Source: Auanema rhodensis
Lineage: Eukaryota > Animalia > Nematoda
NCBI GenBank assembly: GCA_964057225.1
Contig: OZ059895.1
Coordinates: forward strand, 11,656,001 to 11,720,000
DNA length: 64,000 nt
Reading direction: 5' to 3'
Made by a program: the position numbers and the translations under genes. Every line of letters begins with the position of its first letter. Positions within the stretch are counted from its first letter, which is position 1. Below the pieces are notes generated by a model. The model was given only the letters and a program-made list of their open reading frames with translations. It was not told where the DNA came from and made no database searches. This document shows, piece by piece, positions 27,101 through 41,400 of this stretch.

Positions 27101-28172
27101 TACCTTTACTATTTCTATCTATTTCCTATCAAAACCAACTTTGTTCAAACACTATACAACTGAGAAGCCTTTTTTAATTTCTTGTATTTGGAGTTCATAA
27201 GATTTGATATCATCGAGGGATCCAGATAGAACGTGGAAAATTACATAACTAACATGAAATTGGGAAAAAATTATAACGAGGATAAGTATGTGAATCATTG
27301 AATATCAGATATTTTCGCTCAGGACCATACCACGTTAAAAGTACGGCATGCGGCTGATTTTCAATTTTAACTCTTTTGTAACAGATGTTTTCAATTTTCA
27401 AGCAGTTTTACTCAGATACCTTAACCCAAGGCAGCAAGTTATCTTCAATATTATTTCTATCTCACAGTTATAAACCAATAGTTAATGAACCATCATCTTA
27501 TCCTTACCGTTTCTATCTATTTCCTATCGAAACCAACTTTGTTCAAAAACTATACAACTGTGAAACCTTTTTTAATTTTTTTGTATTTGGAGCTCATAAG
27601 ATTTGATAACATTGAGGGATCCAGATAGAACGTGGAAAATTACATAACTAACATGAAATTGGGAAAAAATTATAACGAGGATAAGTATGTAAATCATTGA
27701 ATATCAGATATTTTTGCTTAGGACCATACCACGTTAAAAGTACGGCATGCGGCTGATTTTCAATTTTAACTCTTCTGTAACAAATGTTTTCAATTTTCAA
27801 GCAGTTTTACTTAGATAGCTCAACCCAAGGCAGCAAATTATCTTCAATATTATTTCTATCTTACAGTTATAAACCAATAGTTAATGAACCATCATCTTAC
27901 CTTCACTGTTTCTATCTATTTGCTATCGAAAGCAACTTTGTTCAAACACTATACAACTGTGAAACCTTTTTTAATTTCTTGTATTTGGAGCTCATAAGAT
28001 TTGATATCATCGAGGGATCCAGATAGAACGTGGAAAATTACATAACTAACATGAAATTGGGAAAAAATTATAACGAGGATAAGTATGTAAATCATTGAAT
28101 ATCAGATATTTTTGCTTAGGACCATACCACGTTAAAAGTACGGCATGCGGCTGATTTTCAATTTTAACTCTT
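24132..28172 (+). repeat. 1,991-bp (5-monomer, B-C-D-E-A*) tandem duplication, two copies
   Basis: Offset 1,991 (24200/26191, 24598/26589, 25394/27385, 25793/27784), bounded by mismatches at 24131/26122 and 26182/28173. Confidence 0.9.
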
Positions 28173-29404
28173 CTGTAACAAATGTTTTCAATTTTCAAGC
28201 AGTTTTACTTAGATAGCTCAACCCAAGGCAGCAAATTATCTTCAATATTATTTCTATCTTACAGTTATAAACCAATAGTTAATGAACCATCATCTTACCT
28301 TCACTGTTTCTATCTATTTCCTATCGAAAGCAACTTTGTTCAAACACTATACAACTGTGAAACCTTTTTTAATTTCTTGTATTTGGAGCTCATAAGATTT
28401 GATATCATCGAGGGATCCAGATAGAACGTGGAAAATTACATAACTAACATGAAATTGGGAAAAAATTATAACGAGGATAAGTATGTAAATCATTGAATAT
28501 CAGATATTTTCGCTTAGGACCATACCACGTTAAAAGTACGGCATGCGGCTGATTTTCAATTTTAACTCTTTTGTAACAGATGTTTTCAATTTTCAAGCAG
28601 TTTTACTCAGATAGCTTAACCCAAGGCAGCAAATTATCTTCAATATTATTTCTATCTCACAGTTATAAACCAATAGTTAATGAACCATCATCTTACCCTT
28701 ACCGTTTCTATCTATTTCATATCGAAACCAACTTTGTTCAAAAACTATACAACTGTGAAACCTTTTTTAATTTCTTGTATTTGGAGCTCATAAGATTTGA
28801 TATCATTAAGGGATCCAGATAGAACGTGGAAAATTACATAACTAACACGAAATTGGGAAAAAATTATAACGAGAATAAGTATGTAAATCATTGAATATCA
28901 GATATTTTCGCTTACGACCATACCACGTTGAAAGTACGCCATGCCGCTTATTTTCAATTTTAACTCTTCTGTAACAAATGTTTTCAATTTTCAAGCAGTT
29001 TTACTTAGATAGCTCAACCCAAGGCAGCAATTTATCTTCAATATTATTTCTATCTTACAGTTATAAACCAATAGTTAATAAACCATCATCTTACCCTTAC
29101 CGTTTCTATCTATTTCCTATCGAAACCAACTTTGTTCAAAAACTATACAACTGTGAAACCTTTTTTAATTTCTTGTATTTGGAGCTCATAAGATTTGATA
29201 TCATTGAGGGATCCAGATAGAACGTAGAAAATTACATAACTACCATGAAATTTGGAAAAAATTGTAACGAGGATAAGTATGTGAATCATTGAATATCAGA
29301 TATTTTCGCTTACGACCATACCACGTTGAGAGAATGCCATGCCGCTGATTTTCAATTTTAACTCTTCTGTAACGAATGTTTTCAATTTTCAAGCAGTTTT
29401 ACTC

Positions 29405-32400
29405 AGAAAGCTCAACCCAAGGCAGCAAATTATCTTCAATATTATTTCTATCTTACAGTTTTAAACCATTAGTTAATGAACCATCATCTTACCTTTACTA
29501 TTTCTATCTATTTCCTATCAAAACCAACTTTGTTCAAACACTATACAACTGAGAAGCCTTTTTTAATTTCTTGTATTTGGAGTTCATAAGATTTGATATC
29601 ATCGAGGGATCCAGATAGAACGTGGAAAATTACATAACTAACATGAAATTGGGAAAAAATTATAACGAGGATAAGTATGTGAATCATTGAATATCAGATA
29701 TTTTCGCTCAGGACCATACCACGTTAAAAGTACGGCATGCGGCTGATTTTCAATTTTAACTCTTTTGTAACAGATGTTTTCAATTTTCAAGCAGTTTTAC
29801 TCAGATACCTTAACCCAAGGCAGCAAGTTATCTTCAATATTATTTCTATCTCACAGTTATAAACCAATAGTTAATGAACCATCATCTTATCCTTACCGTT
29901 TCTATCTATTTCCTATCGAAACCAACTTTGTTCAAAAACTATACAACTGTGAAACCTTTTTTAATTTTTTTGTATTTGGAGCTCATAAGATTTGATAACA
30001 TTGAGGGATCCAGATAGAACGTGGAAAATTACATAACTAACATGAAATTGGGAAAAAATTATAACGAGGATAAGTATGTAAATCATTGAATATCAGATAT
30101 TTTTGCTTAGGACCATACCACGTTAAAAGTACGGCATGCGGCTGATTTTCAATTTTAACTCTTCTGTAACAAATGTTTTCAATTTTCAAGCAGTTTTACT
30201 TAGATAGCTCAACCCAAGGCAGCAAATTATCTTCAATATTATTTCTATCTTACAGTTATAAACCAATAGTTAATGAACCATCATCTTACCTTCACTGTTT
30301 CTATCTATTTGCTATCGAAAGCAACTTTGTTCAAAAACTATACAACTGTGAAACCTTTTTTAATTTCTTGTATTTGGAGCTCATAAGATTTGATATCATC
30401 GAGGGATCCAGATAGAACGTGGAAAATTACATAACTAACATGAAATTGGGAAAAAATTATAACGAGGATAAGTATGTAAATCATTGAATATCAGATATTT
30501 TTGCTTAGGACCATACCACGTTAAAAGTACGGCATGCGGCTGATTTTCAATTTTAACTCTTCTGTAACAAATGTTTTCAATTTTCAAGCAGTTTTACTTA
30601 GATAGCTCAACCCAAGGCAGCAAATTATCTTCAATATTATTTCTATCTTGCAGTTATAAACCAATAGTTAATGAACCATCATCTTACCTTCACTGTTTCT
30701 ATCTATTTCCTATCGAAAGCAACTTTGTTCAAACACTATACAACTGTGAAACCTTTTTTAATTTCTTGTATTTGGAGCTCATAAGATTTGATATCATCGA
30801 GGGATCCAGATAGAACGTGGAAAATTACATAACTAACATGAAATTGGGAAAAAATTATAACGAGGATAAGTATGTAAATCATTGAATATCAGATATTTTC
30901 GCTTAGGACCATACCACGTTAAAAGTACGGCATGCGGCTGATTTTCAATTTTAACTCTTTTGTAACAGATGTTTTCAATTTTCAAGCAGTTTTACTCAGA
31001 TAGCTTAACCCAAGGCAGCAAATTATCTTCAATATTATTTCTATCTCACAGTTATAAACCAATAGTTAATGAACCATCATCTTACCCTTACCGTTTCTAT
31101 CTATTTCATATCGAAACCAACTTTGTTCAAAAACTATACAACTGTGAAACCTTTTTTAATTTCTTGTATTTGGAGCTCATAAGATTTGATATCATTAAGG
31201 GATCCAGATAGAACGTGGAAAATTACATAACTAACACGAAATTGGGAAAAAATTATAACGAGAATAAGTATGTAAATCATTGAATATCAGATATTTTCGC
31301 TTACGACCATACCACGTTGAAAGTACGCCATGCCGCTTATTTTCAATTTTAACTCTTCTGTAACAAATGTTTTCAATTTTCAAGCAGTTTTACTTAGATA
31401 GCTCAACCCAAGGCAGCAATTTATCTTCAATATTATTTCTATCTTACAGTTATAAACCAATAGTTAATAAACCATCATCTTACCCTTACCGTTTCTATCT
31501 ATTTCCTATCGAAACCAACTTTGTTCAAAAACTATACAACTGTGAAACCTTTTTTAATTTCTTGTATTTGGAGCTCATAAGATTTGATATCATTGAGGGA
31601 TCCAGATAGAACGTAGAAAATTACATAACTACCATGAAATTGGGAAAAAGTTGTAACGAGGATAAGTATGTGAATCATTGAATATCAGATATTTTCGCTT
31701 ACGACCATACCACGTTGAGAGAATGCCATGCCGCTGATTTTCAATTTTAACTCTTCTGTAACGAATGTTTTTAATTTTCAAGCAGTTTTACTCAGAAAGC
31801 TCAACCCAAGGCAGCAAATTATCTTCAATATTATTTCTATCTTACAGTTTTAAACCATTAGTTAATGAACCATCATCTTACCTTTACTATTTCTATCTAT
31901 TTCCTATCAAAACCAACTTTGTCCAAACACTATACAACTGAGAAGCCTTTTCTAATTTCTTGTATTTGGAGTTCATAAGATTTGATATCATTGAGGGATC
32001 CAGATAGAACGTGGAAAATTACATAACTAACATGAAATTGGGAAAAAATTATAACGAGGATAAGTATGTGAAACATTGAATATCAGATATTTTCGCTTAG
32101 GACCATACGACGTTGAAAGTACGCCATGCCGCTGATTTTCAATTTTAACTCTTCTGTAACAAATGTTTTCAATTTCCAAGCAGTTTTACTTAGATAGCTC
32201 AACCCAAGGCAGCAAATTATCTTCAATCTTATCTCTATCTCACAGTTATAAACCAGTAGTGAATGAACCATCATCTTACCTTCACTGTTTCTATCTATTT
32301 CCTATCGAAACCAACTTTGTTCAAAAACTATACAACTGTGAAACCTTTTTTAATTTCTTGTATTTGGAGCTCATAAGATTTGATATCATTGAGGGATCCA

Positions 32401-35400
32401 GATAGAACGTAGAAAATTACATAACTACCATGAAATTGGGAAAAAGTTGTAACGAGGATAAGTATGTGAATCATTGAATATCAGATATTTTCGCTTACGA
32501 CCATACCACGTTGAGAGAATGCCATGCCGCTGATTTTCAATTTTAACTCTTCTGTAACGAATGTTTTCAATTTTCAAGCAGTTTTACTCAGAAAGCTCAA
32601 CCCAAGGCAGCAAATTATCTTCAATATTATTTCTATCTTACAGTTTTAAACCATTAGTTAATGAACCATCATCTTACCTTTACTATTTCTATCTATTTCC
32701 TATCAAAACCAACTTTGTCCAAACACTATACAACTGAGAAGCCTTTTCTAATTTCTTGTATTTGGAGTTCATAAGATTTGATATCATTGAGGGATCCAGA
32801 TAGAACGTGGAAAATTACATAACTAACATGAAATTGGGAAAAAATTATAACGAGGATAAGTATGTGAAACATTGAATATCAGATATTTTCGCTTAGGACC
32901 ATACGACGTTGAAAGTACGCCATGCCGCTGATTTTCAATTTTAACTCTTCTGTAACAAATGTTTTCAATTTCCAAGCAGTTTTTCTTAGATAGCTCAACC
33001 CAAGGCAGCAAATTATCTTCAATCTTATCTCTATCTTACAGTTATAAACCAGTAGTGAATGAACCATCATCTTACCTTCACTGTTTCTATCTATTTCCTA
33101 TCAAAAGAAACATTGTTTAAACACTATACAACTGTGAAACCTTTTTTAATTTCTTGTATTTGGAGATCATAAGATTTGATATCATTGAGGGATCCAGATA
33201 GAACGTGGAAAATTACGTAACTAACATGAAATTGGAAAAAATTATAACGAGGATAAGTATGTAAATCATTGAATATCAGATATTTTCGCTTAGGACCATA
33301 CCACGTTAAAAGTACGGCATGCGGCTGATTTTCAATTTTAACTCTTCTGTAACAAATGTTTTCAATTTTCAAGCAGTTTTACTTAGATAGCTCAACCCAA
33401 GGCAGCAATTTATCTTCAATATTTTTTCTATCTTACAGTTATAAACCAATAGTTAATAAACCATCATCTTACCCTTACCGTTTCTATCTATCTCCTATCG
33501 AAACCAACTTTGTTCAAAAACTATACAACTGTGAAACCTTTTTTAATTTCTTGTATTTGGAGCTCATAAGATTTGATATCATTGAGGGATCCAGATAGAA
33601 CGTAGAAAATTACATAACTACCATGAAATTGGGAAAAAATTGTAACCAGGATAAGTATGTAAATCATTGAATATCAGATATTTTCGCTTACGACCATACC
33701 ACGTTGAAAGAATGCCATGCCGCTGATTTTCAATTTTAACTCTTCTGTAACGAATGTTTTCAATTTCCAAGCAGTTTTACTTAGAAAGCTCAACCCAAGG
33801 CAGCAAATTATCTTCAATATTATTTCTATCTTACAGTTTTAAACCATTAGTTAATGAACCATCATCTTACCTTTACTATTTCTATCTATTTCCTATCAAA
33901 ACCAACTTTGTTCAAACACTATACAACTGAGAAGCCTTTTTTAATTTCTTGTATTTGGAGTTCATAAGATTTGATATCATCGAGGGATCCAGATAGAACG
34001 TGGAAAATTACATAACTAACATGAAATTGGGAAAAAATTATAACGAGGATAAGTATGTGAATCATTGAATATCAGATATTTTCGCTCAGGACCATACCAC
34101 GTTAAAAGTACGGCATGCGGCTGATTTTCAATTTTAACTCTTTTGTAACAGATGTTTTCAATTTTCAAGCAGTTTTACTCAGATACCTTAACCCAAGGCA
34201 GCAAGTTATCTTCAATATTATTTCTATCTCACAGTTATAAACCAATAGTTAATGAACCATCATCTTATCCTTACCGTTTCTATCTATTTCCTATCGAAAC
34301 CAACTTTGTTCAAAAACTATACAACTGTGAAACCTTTTTTAATTTTTTTGTATTTGGAGCTCATAAGATTTGATAACATTGAGGGATCCAGATAGAACGT
34401 GGAAAATTACATAACTAACATGAAATTGGGAAAAAATTATAACGAGGATAAGTATGTAAATCATTGAATATCAGATATTTTTGCTTAGGACCATACCACG
34501 TTAAAAGTACGGCATGCGGCTGATTTTCAATTTTAACTCTTCTGTAACAAATGTTTTCAATTTTCAAGCAGTTTTACTTAGATAGCTCAACCCAAGGCAG
34601 CAAATTATCTTCAATATTATTTCTATCTTACAGTTATAAACCAATAGTTAATGAACCATCATCTTACCTTCACTGTTTCTATCTATTTGCTATCGAAAGC
34701 AACTTTGTTCAAACACTATACAACTGTGAAACCTTTTTTAATTTCTTGTATTTGGAGCTCATAAGATTTGATATCATCGAGGGATCCAGATAGAACGTGG
34801 AAAATTACATAACTAACATGAAATTGGGAAAAAATTATAACGAGGATAAGTATGTAAATCATTGAATATCAGATATTTTTGCTTAGGACCATACCACGTT
34901 AAAAGTACGGCATGCGGCTGATTTTCAATTTTAACTCTTCTGTAACAAATGTTTTCAATTTTCAAGCAGTTTTACTTAGATAGCTCAACCCAAGGCAGCA
35001 AATTATCTTCAATATTATTTCTATCTTGCAGTTATAAACCAATAGTTAATGAACCATCATCTTACCTTCACTGTTTCTATCTATTTCCTATCGAAAGCAA
35101 CTTTGTTCAAACACTATACAACTGTGAAACCTTTTTTAATTTCTTGTATTTGGAGCTCATAAGATTTGATATCATCGAGGGATCCAGATAGAACGTGGAA
35201 AATTACATAACTAACATGAAATTGGGAAAAAATTATAACGAGGATAAGTATGTAAATCATTGAATATCAGATATTTTCGCTTAGGACCATACCACGTTAA
35301 AAGTACGGCATGCGGCTGATTTTCAATTTTAACTCTTTTGTAACAGATGTTTTCAATTTTCAAGCAGTTTTACTCAGATAGCTTAACCCAAGGCAGCAAA

Positions 35401-38400
35401 TTATCTTCAATATTATTTCTATCTCACAGTTATAAACCAATAGTTAATGAACCATCATCTTACCCTTACCGTTTCTATCTATTTCATATCGAAACCAACT
35501 TTGTTCAAAAACTATACAACTGTGAAACCTTTTTTAATTTCTTGTATTTGGAGCTCATAAGATTTGATATCATTAAGGGATCCAGATAGAACGTGGAAAA
35601 TTACATAACTAACACGAAATTGGGAAAAAATTATAACGAGAATAAGTATGTAAATCATTGAATATCAGATATTTTCGCTTACGACCATACCACGTTGAAA
35701 GTACGCCATGCCGCTTATTTTCAATTTTAACTCTTCTGTAACAAATGTTTTCAATTTTCAAGCAGTTTTACTTAGATAGCTCAACCCAAGGCAGCAATTT
35801 ATCTTCAATATTATTTCTATCTTACAGTTATAAACCAATAGTTAATAAACCATCATCTTACCCTTACCGTTTCTATCTATTTCCTATCGAAACCAACTTT
35901 GTTCAAAAACTATACAACTGTGAAACCTTTTTTAATTTCTTGTATTTGGAGCTCATAAGATTTGATATCATTGAGGGATCCAGATAGAACGTAGAAAATT
36001 ACATAACTACCATGAAATTGGGAAAAAGTTGTAACGAGGATAAGTATGTGAATCATTGAATATCAGATATTTTCGCTTACGACCATACCACGTTGAGAGA
36101 ATGCCATGCCGCTGATTTTCAATTTTAACTCTTCTGTAACGAATGTTTTTAATTTTCAAGCAGTTTTACTCAGAAAGCTCAACCCAAGGCAGCAAATTAT
36201 CTTCAATATTATTTCTATCTTACAGTTTTAAACCATTAGTTAATGAACCATCATCTTACCTTTACTATTTCTATCTATTTCCTATCAAAACCAACTTTGT
36301 CCAAACACTATACAACTGAGAAGCCTTTTCTAATTTCTTGTATTTGGAGTTCATAAGATTTGATATCATTGAGGGATCCAGATAGAACGTGGAAAATTAC
36401 ATAACTAACATGAAATTGGGAAAAAATTATAACGAGGATAAGTATGTGAAACATTGAATATCAGATATTTTCGCTTAGGACCATACGACGTTGAAAGTAC
36501 GCCATGCCGCTGATTTTCAATTTTAACTCTTCTGTAACAAATGTTTTCAATTTCCAAGCAGTTTTACTTAGATAGCTCAACCCAAGGCAGCAAATTATCT
36601 TCAATCTTATCTCTATCTTACAGTTATAAACCAGTAGTGAATGAACCATCATCTTACCTTCACTGTTTCTATCTATTTCCTATCAAAAGAAACATTGTTT
36701 AAACACTATACAACTGTGAAACCTTTTTTAATTTCTTGTATTTGGAGATCATAAGATTTGATATCATTGAGGGATCCAGATAGAACGTGGAAAATTACGT
36801 AACTAACATGAAATTGGAAAAAATTATAACGAGGATAAGTATGTAAATCATTGAATATCAGATATTTTCGCTTAGGACCATACCACGTTAAAAGTACGGC
36901 ATGCGGCTGATTTTCAATTTTAACTCTTCTGTAACAAATGTTTTCAATTTTCAAGCAGTTTTACTTAGATAGCTCAACCCAAGGCAGCAAATTATCTTCA
37001 ATATTATTTCTATCTTACAGTTATAAACCAATAGTTAATGAACCATCATCTTACCTTCACTGTTTCTATCTATTTCCTATCGAAAGCAACTTTGTTCAAA
37101 CACTATACAACTGTGAAACCTTTTTCAATTTCTTGTATTTGGAGCTCATAAGATTTGATATCATCGAGGGATCCAGATAGAACGTGGAAAATTACATAAC
37201 TAACATGAAATTGGGAAAAAATTATAACGAGGATAAGTATGTAAATCATTGAATATCAGATATTTTCGCTTAGGACCATACCACGTTAAAAGTACGGCAT
37301 GCGGCTGATTTTCAATTTTAACTCTTTTGTAACAGATGTTTTCAATTTTCAAGCAGTTTTACTCAGATAGCTTAACCCAAGGCAGCAAATTATCTTCAAT
37401 ATTATTTCTATCTCACAGTTATAAACCAATAGTTAATGAACCATCATCTTACCCTTACCGTTTCTATCTATTTCATATCGAAACCAACTTTGTTCAAAAA
37501 CTATACAACTGTGAAACCTTTTTTAATTTCTTGTATTTGGAGCTCATAAGATTTGATATCATTAAGGGATCCAGATAGAACGTGGAAAATTACATAACTA
37601 ACACGAAATTGGGAAAAAATTATAACGAGAATAAGTATGTAAATCATTGAATATCAGATATTTTCGCTTACGACCATACCACGTTGAAAGTACGCCATGC
37701 CGCTGATTTTCAATTTTAACTCTTCTGTAACAAATGTTTTCAATTTTCAAGCAGTTTTACTTAGATAGCTCAACCCAAGGCAGCAATTTATCTTCAATAT
37801 TATTTCTATCTTACAGTTATAAACCAATAGTTAATAAACCATCATCTTACCCTTACCGTTTCTATCTATTTCCTATCGAAACCAACTTTGTTCAAAAACT
37901 ATACAACTGTGAAACCTTTTTTAATTTCTTGTATTTGGAGCTCATAAGATTTGATATCATTGAGGGATCCAGATAGAACGTAGAAAATTACATAACTACC
38001 ATGAAATTGGGAAAAAATTGTAACGAGGATAAGTATGTAAATCATTGAATATCAGATATTTTCGCTTACGATCATACCACGTTGAAAGAATGCCATGCCG
38101 CTGATTCTCAATTTTAACTCTTCTGTAACGAATGTTTCCAATTTCCAAGCAGTTTTACTTAGAAAGCTCAACCCAAGGCAGCAAATTATCTTCAATATTA
38201 TTTCTATCTTACAGTTTTAAACCATTAGTTAATGAACCATCATCTTACCTTTACTATTTCTATCTATTTCCTATCAAAACCAACTTTGTTCAAACACTAT
38301 ACAACTGAGAAGCCTTTTTTAATTTCTTGTATTTGGAGTTCATAAGATTTGATATCATTGAGGGATCCAGATAGAACGTGGAAAATTACATAACTAACAT

Positions 38401-41400
38401 GAAATTGGGAAAAAATTATAACGAGGATAAGTATGTGAAACATTGAATATCAGATATTTTCGCTTAGGACCATACGACGTTGAAAGTACGCCATGCCGCT
38501 GATTTTCAATTTTAACTCTTCTGTAACAAATGTTTTCAATTTCCAAGCAGTTTTACTTAGATAGCTCAACCCAAGGCAGCAAATTATCTTCAATCTTATT
38601 TCTATCTTACAGTTATAAACCAGTAGTGAATGAACCATCATCTTACCTTCACTGTTTCTATCTATTTCCTATCAAAAGAAACATTGTTTAAACACTATAC
38701 AACTGTGAAACCTTTTTTAATTTCTTGTATTTGGAGATCATAAGATTTGATATCATTCAGGGATCCAGATAGAACATGGAAAATTACGTAACTAACATGA
38801 AATTGGAAAAAACTATAACGAGGATAAGTATGTGAATCATTGAATATCAGATATTTTCGCTTAGGACCATACCACGTTAAAAGTACGGCATGCGGCTGAT
38901 TTTCAATTTTAACTCTTTTGTAACAGATGTTTTCAATTTTCAAGCAGTTTTACTCAGATAGCTTAACCCAAGGCAGCAAATTATCTTCAATATTATTTCT
39001 ATCTCCCAGTTATAAACCAATAGTTAATGAACCATCATCTTACCCTTACCGTTTCTATCTATTTCATATCGAAACCAACTTTGTTCAAAAACTATACAAC
39101 TGTGAAACCTTTTTTAATTTCTTGTATTTGGAGCTCATAAGATTTGATATCATTAAGGGATCCAGATAGAACGTGGAAAATTACATAACTAACACGAAAT
39201 TGGGAAAAAATTATAACGAGGATAAGTATGTAAATCATTGAATATCAGATATTTTCGCTTACGACCATACCACGTTGAAAGTACGCCATGCCGCTGATTT
39301 TCAATTTTAACTCTTCTGTAACGAATGTTTTCAATTTCCAAGCAGTTTTACTTAGAAAGCTCAACCCAAGGCAGCAAATTATCTTCAATATTATTTCTAT
39401 CTTACAGTTTTAAACCATTAGTTAATAAACCATCATCTTACCCTTACCGTTTCTATATATTTCCTATCGAAACCAACTTTGTTGAAAAACTATACAACTG
39501 TGAAACCTTTCTTAATTTCTTGTATTTGGAGCTCATAAGATTTGATATCATTGAGGGATCCAGATAGAACGTAGAAAATTACATAACTACCATGAAATTG
39601 GGAAAAAATTGTAACGAGGATAAGTATGTAAATCATTGAATATCAGATATTTTCGCTTACGACCATACCACGTTGAAAGAATGCCATGCCGCTGATTTTC
39701 AATTTTAACTCTTCTGTAACGAATGTTTCCAATTTCCAAGCAGTTTTACTTAGAAAGCTCAACCCAAGGCAGCAAATTATCTTCAATATTATTTCTATCT
39801 TACAGTTTTAAACCATTAGTTAATGAACCATCATCTTACCTTTACTGTTTCTATCTATTTCCTATCGAAAGCAACTTCGCTCAAACACTATACAACTGTG
39901 AAACCTTTTTTAATTTCTTGTATTTGGAGCTCATAAGATTTGATATCATTGAGGGATTTAGATAGAACGTGGAAAATTACATAACTAACATGAAATTGGG
40001 AAAAAATTATAACGAGGATAAGTATGTGAAACATTGAATATCAGATATTTTCGCTCAGGACCATACCACGTTAAAAGTACGGCATGCGGCTGATTTTCAA
40101 TTTTAACTCTTCTGTAACAAATGTTTTCAATTTTCAAGCAGTTTTACTTAGATAGCTCAACCCAAGGCAGCAAATTATCTTCAATCTTATTTCTATCTCA
40201 CAGTTATAAACCAATAGTTAATAAACCATCATCTTACCCTTACCGTTTCTATCTATTTCCTATCAAAACCAACTTTGTTCAAACACTATACAACTGTGAA
40301 ACCTTTTTTAATTTCTTGTATTTGGAGCTCATAAGATTTGATATCATTGAGGGATCCAGATAGAACGTAGAAAATTACATAACTACCATGAAATTGGGAA
40401 AAAATTGTAACGAGGATAAGTATGTAAATCATTGAATATCAGATATTTTCGCTTACGACCATACCACGTTGAAAGAATGCCATGCCGCTGATTTTCAATT
40501 TTAACTCTTCTGTAACGAATGTTTCCAATTTCCAAGCAGTTTTACTTAGAAAGCTCAACCCAAGGCAGCAAATTATCTTCAATATTATTTCTATCTTACA
40601 GTTATAAACCAATAGTTAATGAACCATCATCTTACCCTTACCGTTTCTATCTATTTCCTATCAAAACCAACTTTGTTCAAACACTATACAACTGTGAAAC
40701 CTTTTTTAATTTCTTGTATTTGGAGCTCATAAGATTTGATATCATTGAGGGATCCAGATAAAACGTGGAAAATTACATAACTAACATGAAATTGGGAAAA
40801 AATTATAAGGAGGATAAGTATGTAAATCATTGAATATCAGATATTTTCGCTTAGGACCATACCACGTTAAAAGTACGACATGCGGCTGATTTTCAATTTT
40901 AACTCTTCTGTAACAAATGTTTTCAATTTTCAAGCAGTTTTACTTAGATAGCTCAACCCAAGGCAGCAATTTATCTTCAATATTTTTTCTATCTTACAGT
41001 TATAAACCAATAGTTAATAAACCATCATCTTACCCTTACCGTTTCTATCTATTTCCTATCGAAACCAACTTTGTTCAAAAACTATACAACTGTGAAACCT
41101 TTTTTAATTTCTTGTATTTGGAGCTCATAAGATTTGATATCATTGAGGGATCCAGATAGAACGTAGAAAATTACATAACTACCATGAAATTGGGAAAAAA
41201 TTGTAACGAGGATAAGTATGTAAATCATTGAATATCAGATATTTTCGCTTACGACCATACCACGTTGAAAGAATGCCATGCCGCTGATTTTCAATTTTAA
41301 CTCTTCTGTAACGAATGTTTTCAATTTCCAAGCAGTTTTACTTAGAAAGCTCAACCCAAGGCAGCAAATTATCTTCAATATTATTTTTATCTTACAGTTT

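Larger units (their letters stand above)
9901..29404 (+). repeat. Copy 1 of a 19,504-bp (49-monomer) tandem segmental duplication
   Basis: The variant order repeats at offset 19,504 (10270/29774, 12659/32163, 19423/38927, 23404/42908, 28978/48482). The last upstream mismatch is 9900 T vs 29404 C. Confidence 0.93.
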
